In this document: one piece after another, positions 28,273 through 35,524 of the stretch
Numbering within the stretch: position 1 is the first letter of the stretch
How the letters are laid out: each line of letters opens with the position of its first letter
Source: Parachlamydiales bacterium
Lineage (GTDB): Bacteria; Chlamydiota; Chlamydiia; Chlamydiales; SM23-39
DNA length: 64,000 bases
Assembly: GCA_050302075.1 (NCBI GenBank)
Contig: JBNLAH010000003.1
Span: 4,484-68,483, forward strand
Reading direction: 5' to 3'
Made by a program: the position numbers and the translations under genes
The notes under the pieces: model-generated
What the model was told of the DNA's origin: nothing
Database searches by the model: none
Seen by the model: only the letters and a program-made list of their open reading frames with translations

Positions 28273-31153
28273 TTAAAGTACCCTGCCACACTGATTTTAG
28301 TTTCTCTGTATCTTCTTGAATTATTTTTTCTCCTTGTTTGTCTTTGATGATAAATGTTCTATCTAAAGTAACCTTCCCAACCTTAAATATAGGCTGTTGT
28401 TGCATGACCTTTTCAAAAAGTTCTATATTCTCCTGACTTATGCTAAGCACAAATCTAGAACTCGATTCAGAAAATAAAAGTTCAAGTTCATTTAAGCTTG
28501 AATGAAAATCATCTAGAGAAACTTCAACTCCGAATGAGCTTGAAAAACATGCTTCAGCAAGTGCTACTATAAAGCCTCCATCAGAAATATCGTGACAAGA
28601 TGCGACATAGCCTTTCTGTATACATTCAGATAGCTTTTTATAATATATTCCAGCAACTCCAGCATCAACACTGGGAACTTTGCCTTGAGTTATCTTATTT
28701 GAAGATGCCCACTCGCTCATCATAAGCTCGTCTTTTGTGCTACCCAAAACGTATACAGCATCATCTACTTTCTTAAACTCCATTGAAATAGCCTTTCTGT
28801 AATCAGAAACCTTTCCAATAGCTGAAATTAGCAAGGTGTATGGAATTGATATTTTTTTATCTTTAAATTTATAGTCATTTTTCATGCTGTCTTTGCCAGA
28901 AATAATTGGTAGTTTATATGAGCTACAGATATCAAAAAGTGCTTGATTTGCTTTGATGAGTGCTCCTAGTTTCCTTTTTCCATCAGGAGTTTTATCAATA
29001 TCATAAATTGGATCTGGCCAGCAGAAATTATCTAGTATTGCAATACGCTCAAAATCTGCGCCAACACACAAACAGTTTCTTACTGCTTCATCAACGGCAT
29101 TTAAAGCCATTTCATAAGGAAAATCACTAAATTTAGGGCATATCCCATGTGATATTGCAATAGCTGCCTTAGAGCTAGATCTGGTTTCTAACGGCACTAA
29201 AACAGCAGCATCCGAGGGACCTGATAGGTGGGTAAAAGGTTTGATGATAGTCTGGGCCTGCACTTCATGGTCGAATCTTCTAACAATTTTTTCCTTACTA
29301 CAAACATTTAAAGAAGAAAGTACTTTTGTTAGTTCTTTCAAATAGTTTATCTCTTTTTTATAGCTAATTGGCTCGACCTTTTGATCCTCCCAAATAGCTT
29401 CCAATTCAAGCTTAGGATGCCCAAAATGTAGAAATTTAAGATTAAGTAAGGCCACTGTCTTCGCTTCATACAAAACATGAAAATAACCACTGTTTGTAAA
29501 CTTGCCAACGACAGAAATTTCTAGTTCATGAAAGTCTGCAAGCTCTTGAAGACTTTTTAAGTCTTTAGCTGCTACAGCAAGCGTCATCCTTTCTTGTGAC
29601 TCGCTGATTAAGATTTCATAGGCCTTAATGTTTTTTGCCTTCAACTTTGCTTTATCTAAGTGTATTTCACATCCATTAGACAACAAAGCCATCTCACCGA
29701 TCGAAGATGAAAAGCCTCCAGCGCCATTATCTGTAATTGCACGGTATAGCCCAAAGTCTCTGGCATTTATAATAAAATCAGATAACTTTTTTTGGGTAAA
29801 AGGATCTCCTATTTGAACAGCTCCAATTGGGCTTTTCTCATGAAACTCTTCAGATGAAAATGTAGCTCCGTGAATACCATCTTTTCCTGTCCTACCACCT
29901 GCTATGATGATTAAATCATTAGCCTCAACCATCTTCTTTTCAGTTGGCTGATTATTGATTCTCTTAGGTATGATTCCAATACTCCCACAGTATACAAGCG
30001 GCTTTCCTAAGTAATTCTCATTAAATACAATTGATCCATTAACTGTTGGGATTCCAGATTTATTTCCACCGTGCTCAATTCCCTTTACTACTCCTTCAAA
30101 TACGCGCTTAGGATGTAAAATTTTTTCAGGCAAAGGTTTTTGATAATCAGGAGGAGCAAAACAAAAAACATCGGTATTTGCAATAACACGAGCGCCTATC
30201 CCTACTCCCAAAATATCTCTATTAACTCCCAGTATCCCTGTCAGAGCGCCACCATAAGGATCTAATGCCGATGGACTGTTATGAGTTTCCACCTTAAAGG
30301 CAACATTATATTTCTCATTGAACTCAATAATACCAGCATTGTCGCTAAATACACTTACTAACCAATCAATACTTTTAGAAAGCTGAGTGGTCACGCTTTT
30401 AATATATGTTGAAAATAACGAATCAATAATCTTGGCTTCACCATTTTCAATAAAAGTTATTGAAGCGTTGAATATCTTATGTTTACAGTGCTCACTCCAG
30501 GTCTGGGCGATAGCCTCCAGTTCAACGTCAGTTGGAAAAGCTTTAAGACCTAGTACCTTGCGCTTTTCTTGAACATCTTCAGATTCATAATATTTTCTGA
30601 TTGTTTGCATTTCATTTAAGTTAAGAACTAAATGTCTTTTTGCGCTTAACTCCTCAAGCTCAGCATCGCTTATATCAAGTGAGATATAGTTAAAAATATC
30701 TGTATCTTTTTTAGAGATCTCAAAAATCTCTATTACTTCATTTGCTATAAATTCCTTAACTATTTTCTCAACTAGTTTGAAACTGAGCTGTCCTTTAATA
30801 AGATAAATAGTAGAAGTGCTTAAAAATTCTTTTTCAGAAAACCTTTCGTTTAGGAAATCTTCAATTGCAATTTTAGCAGTGTTAGCTAAATTGTCATTTA
30901 CCCCAGGTAGGTATTTTACGCTGACTTTCCAGTCATAGTCTTGCTCGTCCAAAGTATTTAAGCTTTCATTGAATTGATCTGACAAGACTTCTTCTTTGAT
31001 TATTTTTTTTTGCTTTTCTGTCAGCTCTTTATAGATGTGAAATCCATCAAATATAGAAATATCATGTAAAAGATGAGTACAGTATTTATTAATATTCTTA
31101 ATAACTACAGATGAATAAGCCCTATCCTTTGACACGTAAATGTTTTGCATCAA
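28259..31153 (-). CDS. purL: FGAM synthase subunit PurL with N-terminal PurS-like extension
   Basis: 964 aa. WSEHCKHKIF, VETHNSPSALDPYGGA, and the duplicated AIR-synthase-related fold. About 200 aa lie N-terminal to the SEHCKHK motif (see findings). Confidence 0.9.
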   Translation of the reverse strand: MMQNIYVSKDRAYSSVVIKNINKYCTHLLHDISIFDGFHIYKELTEKQKKIIKEEVLSDQFNESLNTLDEQDYDWKVSVKYLPGVNDNLANTAKIAIEDFLNERFSEKEFLSTSTIYLIKGQLSFKLVEKIVKEFIANEVIEIFEISKKDTDIFNYISLDISDAELEELSAKRHLVLNLNEMQTIRKYYESEDVQEKRKVLGLKAFPTDVELEAIAQTWSEHCKHKIFNASITFIENGEAKIIDSLFSTYIKSVTTQLSKSIDWLVSVFSDNAGIIEFNEKYNVAFKVETHNSPSALDPYGGALTGILGVNRDILGVGIGARVIANTDVFCFAPPDYQKPLPEKILHPKRVFEGVVKGIEHGGNKSGIPTVNGSIVFNENYLGKPLVYCGSIGIIPKRINNQPTEKKMVEANDLIIIAGGRTGKDGIHGATFSSEEFHEKSPIGAVQIGDPFTQKKLSDFIINARDFGLYRAITDNGAGGFSSSIGEMALLSNGCEIHLDKAKLKAKNIKAYEILISESQERMTLAVAAKDLKSLQELADFHELEISVVGKFTNSGYFHVLYEAKTVALLNLKFLHFGHPKLELEAIWEDQKVEPISYKKEINYLKELTKVLSSLNVCSKEKIVRRFDHEVQAQTIIKPFTHLSGPSDAAVLVPLETRSSSKAAIAISHGICPKFSDFPYEMALNAVDEAVRNCLCVGADFERIAILDNFCWPDPIYDIDKTPDGKRKLGALIKANQALFDICSSYKLPIISGKDSMKNDYKFKDKKISIPYTLLISAIGKVSDYRKAISMEFKKVDDAVYVLGSTKDELMMSEWASSNKITQGKVPSVDAGVAGIYYKKLSECIQKGYVASCHDISDGGFIVALAEACFSSSFGVEVSLDDFHSSLNELELLFSESSSRFVLSISQENIELFEKVMQQQPIFKVGKVTLDRTFIIKDKQGEKIIQEDTEKLKSVWQGTLNDID

Positions 31154-31158
31154 TATCC

Positions 31159-32103
31159 CTATTTCGAAAAAACATTTCCTATTTTTATGTATTTAAGACA
31201 GCTATCAAATTGCATAGTCTCAAAAACACTTTCCGATACAATAAATGTGTAACCAATACCCATGTTAAATGTCTGATACATCACAGTATCACTAACTCCA
31301 CCCTTAACTTGGATCCACCTAAATATCTTCGGAATGTCCCAGCTATAATTTAGATCTACAAAAAAACCATCTGGCAAGGTTCTTTGAATATTATCAACCA
31401 AACCGCCTCCAGTAATATGAGCCATTGATTTAACACTGTACTTAGTTAAAGTTCTCTCTACATCGCTTACATAAATTCTAGTAGGATGTAATAGACATTG
31501 CCCTAAACTATCACCACCTAAAGGCTCATCTAATGACCTTTGGTTGTCGTAAATAATCTTTCTAATTAAAGAAAATCCATTGCTGTGAACTCCATTTGAT
31601 GTAAGCCCTACAACTACATCTTTACTTTCAATATTTTTCCCATTTATAACTGAATCATTTTGGACAATTCCAACACTAAAACCTGCTAAGTCATACTCTT
31701 TTTCCTTATAAAGTCCAGGCATTTCAGCTGTCTCTCCTCCTAAAAGAGTACACTTTGCCATTTCACACCCTTTTTCAATCCCTTTAAGAACTTCTTTAGC
31801 AACATCTATGTCAAGCTTGCCACAAGCAAAATAATCTAAAAAAAATAAAGGGGTAGCCCCCGTTGTGATAATATCATTGACACACATTGCAACTAGATCA
31901 ATTCCTACCGTTGAATGCTCGTTTAACTCAAATGCAAGTTTCAACTTTGTACCAACTCCATCGGTTGCAGCTACCAAAGATTGATTCTTATTAATAGGAT
32001 ATAGGCCAGAAAAGCCTCCTATATGGGGAAATTTTTTTTGTAAGAAGGAAACAAATTCATTTCCTAAATTAACGTCTACACCCGCCTCTTTATATGATGG
32101 CAT
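31159..32103 (-). CDS. purM: Phosphoribosylformylglycinamidine cyclo-ligase (AIR synthetase)
   Basis: 314 aa. SYKEAGVDV, ATDGVGTKL, NDIITTGATPLFFLDY, GGETAEMPG. First gene of the pur operon. Confidence 0.9.
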   Translation of the reverse strand: MPSYKEAGVDVNLGNEFVSFLQKKFPHIGGFSGLYPINKNQSLVAATDGVGTKLKLAFELNEHSTVGIDLVAMCVNDIITTGATPLFFLDYFACGKLDIDVAKEVLKGIEKGCEMAKCTLLGGETAEMPGLYKEKEYDLAGFSVGIVQNDSVINGKNIESKDVVVGLTSNGVHSNGFSLIRKIIYDNQRSLDEPLGGDSLGQCLLHPTRIYVSDVERTLTKYSVKSMAHITGGGLVDNIQRTLPDGFFVDLNYSWDIPKIFRWIQVKGGVSDTVMYQTFNMGIGYTFIVSESVFETMQFDSCLKYIKIGNVFSK

Positions 32104-32131
32104 TCATAACCGCTTTAAATAAAAATAAGCA

Positions 32132-32160
32132 TTTTTAAATTGCAGAAATTTTTACGGCAA
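32132..32160 (-). promoter_or_regulatory. Candidate sigma70/66-type promoter for the pur operon
   Basis: On the minus strand: TTGCCG, then 17 nt, then TAAAAA, ending about 29 nt upstream of the purM ATG. It lies downstream of the terminator of the preceding gene. Pattern match only. Confidence 0.3.
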
Positions 32161-32218
32161 GTATTTTTTAAAAAAATAAATTTACAATTTTCAGGAAAAG
32201 GCTTTAATAAAGATTTAT

Positions 32219-32247
32219 GAAAAAGAGCGCAGTAAAACCTGCGCTCT
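32219..32247 (-). terminator. Rho-independent terminator after the Cys-rich lipoprotein gene
   Basis: Minus strand AGAGCGCAG-GTTTTA-CTGCGCTCT followed by TTTTT, 13 nt after the stop at 32260. Confidence 0.7.
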
Positions 32248-32259
32248 TAATTAAAAGAA

Positions 32260-32814
32260 TTATTTTTCGTTAAATCTTCTTGGATCTCGACGGTTTTGTT
32301 CACTTAACTCTGTATCTCTTCCAAAAAGTTCGTTTCTAGTATACTGTCTGCCGTTTGGTCCACAAGAACTGCAACAGCTATCACATGGATCGCAGCAATC
32401 AGGTTCACAGCAATCTCCACAACCGCAATCTCCACAACCGCAATCCCCACAGCCGCAATCATCACATCCACAATCATCACATGGGTCACAGCAGTCAGTA
32501 CATTCTTTTTTCTTTGGCTGCATTGGAGCATAGATTCCTGTTGGCTGATTTGTCTCCTCACACCTTGGGTTGCACCATTCACAGTCAGATTTTGGGCAAC
32601 AGTCTTTTGGGCAACATTCGTCATCATTGTACCTTTTTCTCATAGGCATCTTAGTATCACTATCTTTCATCATTGGCTGAGACTCTCTCATTTGAGATCC
32701 TCTCATTGATTGTCTTTGACTGCTTTTGCCATCTTTGGTTGGCTGGCATGCCATAGTTAAAAAGCTCATCGCAAAAACTGCGCAGAAGAGCTTTATAAAT
32801 AACTTTTTCTTCAT
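32260..32814 (-). CDS. Extremely cysteine-rich putative lipoprotein with (CGCGD)n repeats
   Basis: 184 aa. Signal peptide ending LTMAC (lipobox-like). A Met/Arg/Gln-rich spacer. Then about 27 Cys in about 90 residues (my manual count), including DCGCDDCGCGDCGCGDCGCGDCCEPDCC. Has its own terminator. Confidence 0.6.
   Translation of the reverse strand: MKKKLFIKLFCAVFAMSFLTMACQPTKDGKSSQRQSMRGSQMRESQPMMKDSDTKMPMRKRYNDDECCPKDCCPKSDCEWCNPRCEETNQPTGIYAPMQPKKKECTDCCDPCDDCGCDDCGCGDCGCGDCGCGDCCEPDCCDPCDSCCSSCGPNGRQYTRNELFGRDTELSEQNRRDPRRFNEK
32410..32484 (-). repeat. 15-bp in-frame tandem repeat (about 5 units, the first two identical)
   Basis: Plus-strand units: gcaatctccacaacc x2, then gcaatccccacagcc, gcaatcatcacatcc, acaatcatcacatgg. 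They encode the CGCGD/CGCDD repeat. Confidence 0.85.
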
Positions 32815-32985
32815 GATTTCTCCTCGTTAGTAAAAACTTTCATTTATCACTTATTTTTGCAAATTATCTCTAAAATATTTTTTTGTCTAGTAGGTTATAT
32901 AAAAAAATTTAAAACTATTCCTCGTTGAGAACTTATTTTAAAAATGTTACTATTTGTGGAATTAATAATTATTAAACGGTTAATT

Positions 32986-33831
32986 ATGATAAATAAATTG
33001 TTTAAATCTTTGATTTTAATTTTATTAACGCTAGCTCCTTTATTATCAATCTCAAGTAAAGAAGCCGACAAAAAGTACTCAAATACAGCACTTTTTACTA
33101 CAGAAAAAAGCTTTTCAAACTTCGGGTATTGGGAACATATAGATCTTACTAAGCTTAAAGCATCTGATAGAATTGAGAGTCAAAAAAATTTATACCGTTA
33201 TGCTCTAGACCACCTAGAATTATATGATGACGACAAAGTTTTAGAGGTAGGCTCTGGCAGAGGACAAGCAGCTCAAATAATTCATGATGAATATACAGCT
33301 GACAAATATGTTGGCCTAGACGCCTCTAAAAATAATACAGAAGCTGCAAAAAAACTAAATAGCCAACTACTGGAAAGCGAAAAGACTTACAAATATATAG
33401 TAGGAAAGGCTGAGAATTTACCCTTTGATAACACCTCATTCTCTAGAATACTCTCAGTTGAGGCTCCTAAAAATTTTTACCCTTTTGAGAGATTTATAAA
33501 TGAGTCTGAAAGAGTTTTAAGACAAAATGGTAAAATCGTAATCGCATCAATCTTTGCTCAAAATGGTGATAGTATTAACTCGTTAAAGGATCTTAAGAGT
33601 TCCATTACTTCAATAGATAAAGCTCATAAAGCTTTAAAAGCAAAAGGATTTGTAGATATCCACATTGAACCAATTGGTCAGTATGTATTTGATGGATTTG
33701 ATAAATGGTCTAAAAGTTCTAATGAATATAAAAATCACCCTATGCAAATCTGGAAAAAAGCATATGATGAAGGATTGATCAATTACTATGTTATTTCAGC
33801 ATACAAGCCAGTCGAGCTGATTCGAATGTAA
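32986..33831 (+). CDS. Class I SAM-dependent methyltransferase with N-terminal signal/anchor sequence
   Basis: SAM motif I VLEVGSGRGQ, and a motif resembling post-I/II (YVGLDAS, NLPFDNTSFSRILS). I place the start at the Met at 32986 (MINKLFKSLILILLTLAPLL); the ORF track starts at 32944. Confidence 0.7.
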   Translation: MINKLFKSLILILLTLAPLLSISSKEADKKYSNTALFTTEKSFSNFGYWEHIDLTKLKASDRIESQKNLYRYALDHLELYDDDKVLEVGSGRGQAAQIIHDEYTADKYVGLDASKNNTEAAKKLNSQLLESEKTYKYIVGKAENLPFDNTSFSRILSVEAPKNFYPFERFINESERVLRQNGKIVIASIFAQNGDSINSLKDLKSSITSIDKAHKALKAKGFVDIHIEPIGQYVFDGFDKWSKSSNEYKNHPMQIWKKAYDEGLINYYVISAYKPVELIRM

Positions 33832-33889
33832 CTGCTTTTTAAGCTATCTTTCAGCTATTATAGTTGAATACCAGATCAAACAAAAATAT

Positions 33890-35215
33890 ATGAAAGCAAG
33901 TGCAATACTATTAATGGCTGGAAGCGGTAGTAGATTTAAGAAATCTTATCCCAAGCAATTTTATAAACTGCTTGGTACTCCAGTCTACATCCATACTTTA
34001 AAACAATTCATAAAATCAGCCATTTTTCAAGAAATTATTCTATGCTGTCATTCTGATTACATTGATGAAGTAAAAAAAGAAACAGAGCAATATCAAAATG
34101 TAAAAGTAGTATCTGGAGGGAAAACTAGACAGCAGTCGAGTTTTAATGCAATAAATGCCTGCAGTGATGACTGTGAAATAGTCTTAATACACGATGCAGT
34201 AAGACCATTTGTTAGCACAAAAATAATAAGAGATAACCTTACCCTAGCACAAAAATACAAAGCTGTTAACACCTGCATTGAAAGTACTGATACTTTAGTA
34301 AAAACCAGTGATAAAATAAAAATTGATAGCTTCCCTGACCGTAAGAGCCTTATGCGAGGACAAACCCCACAAACGTTCGAATATTCTTTAATAAAAAAGG
34401 CTCACTTAAATGCAATTAAAAAGAACATAACAAATGCAACTGATGATTGTCAGTTAGTCTTTATGCTCCCTCACCCTGTTTACATCTGTAAAGGTGAAGA
34501 GAAAAATATAAAAATCACAACCCCTTTTGATATTAATATCGCAAAACAGATCCTTCAAGAAGCAGAAATATCTTTAGAGCCTTCAGATAAATCATTTGAA
34601 GGAAAAAAATATATCTTGATTGGGGCTAGTGGAGGTATTGGGAAACACATACATAATCTTATTGAACAAAACGAAGGGTTTGTTATTCCTGTATCTTTAA
34701 AGAACTCAAAATACAAGATGGATCTAACAAAGAAAGAAAGCATTAAAAGTGTTTTAGAAATGATCCATAGCAAATACGGCCCTGTAGATGGGTTAATTAA
34801 CTCTGCAGGTCTTTTACATAAGTCGCCGCTTTCTGTTTTAACAGATTCAGAAATTGACAATCTAATTAATATTAACCTTACAGGTGTCATATATTGTTGT
34901 AAGTTTACAAAAATAAAGCGACATGGACACATCATTAACGTTTCATCTTCTTCTTACGTAAAAGGAAGAAAGAATCATAGCATTTATTCAAGCTCAAAAG
35001 CTGCACTAGTTAATTTCACTCAAGCATTAGCGGAAGAAAGAGAAGATTTATATATCAATTCTGTAGTTCCCCAAAGAACCAATACCAATATGAGAAGATC
35101 CCATTTCTATGATGAAGATCCTAATGAACTATTATCGCCTGATACCGTAGCTTTGGAAATTATCAATATATTAAAAAATGAACAAAGCGCAAAAGTATTC
35201 GAGCTATTCATATAA
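33890..35215 (+). CDS. Bifunctional IspD/TarI-like cytidylyltransferase + short-chain dehydrogenase (CDP-ribitol synthase-like, Bcs1/TarIJ architecture)
   Basis: 441 aa. N-terminal domain: ILLMAGSGSRF, GGKTRQQS, IHDAVRPF, RGQTPQTF. C-terminal domain: ILIGASGGIGK (TGxxxGxG-like) and YSSSKAAL (YxxxK). Confidence 0.7.
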   Translation: MKASAILLMAGSGSRFKKSYPKQFYKLLGTPVYIHTLKQFIKSAIFQEIILCCHSDYIDEVKKETEQYQNVKVVSGGKTRQQSSFNAINACSDDCEIVLIHDAVRPFVSTKIIRDNLTLAQKYKAVNTCIESTDTLVKTSDKIKIDSFPDRKSLMRGQTPQTFEYSLIKKAHLNAIKKNITNATDDCQLVFMLPHPVYICKGEEKNIKITTPFDINIAKQILQEAEISLEPSDKSFEGKKYILIGASGGIGKHIHNLIEQNEGFVIPVSLKNSKYKMDLTKKESIKSVLEMIHSKYGPVDGLINSAGLLHKSPLSVLTDSEIDNLININLTGVIYCCKFTKIKRHGHIINVSSSSYVKGRKNHSIYSSSKAALVNFTQALAEEREDLYINSVVPQRTNTNMRRSHFYDEDPNELLSPDTVALEIINILKNEQSAKVFELFI

Positions 35216-35524
35216 TTTTTTGAAACTTCACCTTCTGCTATTTTTTTAATGTGCCATAGATTTTCTTTGGGTAATCCTAACGAAATAAGCCTTTTCGATT
35301 TTTTCCAAATCTAATTGACATAACTCATCTAAACTAAAGTGTGCCATCTCAGCTTCTCTCAAGATTTCCCTTTCTTTTAAGCCTTGATCATTCTTGGCGT
35401 GTATATAAGTTTCTATACGAGAATTGTCTATATATAGATCAACAAGTGTTATTATGCTTTTTTTTTTAACTCTTCTGAAATTATTAAATTGCTACTTGAG
35501 ATTTCAGCTAACAATTTATTGATA

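Noticed and set aside
32104-32218. Possible purine or ZTP riboswitch in the purM leader. The minus strand contains CCGTAAA, reminiscent of the conserved purine-riboswitch segment.
   Set aside because: The other conserved elements (UAUAAU...GAUAUGG, GUUUCUACC, closing P1) are absent. The leader between the candidate promoter and the ATG is only about 25-30 nt, too short for an aptamer. No GC-rich ZTP (pfl) motif is present either.
32410-32484. Short tandem repeats that might be taken for a CRISPR array or minisatellite.
   Set aside because: The units are 15 bp, contiguous with no spacers, and in frame inside a CDS. This is not a CRISPR array. No CRISPR array or cas gene is visible anywhere in the window.
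32304-32645. Two additional ORFs (107 aa on the minus strand, 96 aa on the plus strand) across the Cys-rich gene, with striking repeats (AVVEIAVVEIAV; HNRNLHNRNPHSRN).
   Set aside because: They are alternate-frame readings of the same 15-bp tandem repeat. Only the 184-aa frame has a signal peptide, a start context and a downstream terminator.
35216-35524. A minus-strand open frame of about 70 codons downstream of the 721-aa gene (...VDLYIDNSRIETYIHAKNDQGLKEREILREAEMAHFSLDELCQLDLEKIEKAYFVRITQRKSMAH*).
   Set aside because: It has no ATG/GTG/TTG start near its 5' end (the first Met is 34 codons from the stop), no ribosome-binding site and no recognisable family. It could be a gene remnant or a small ORF, but I cannot support either from sequence alone.
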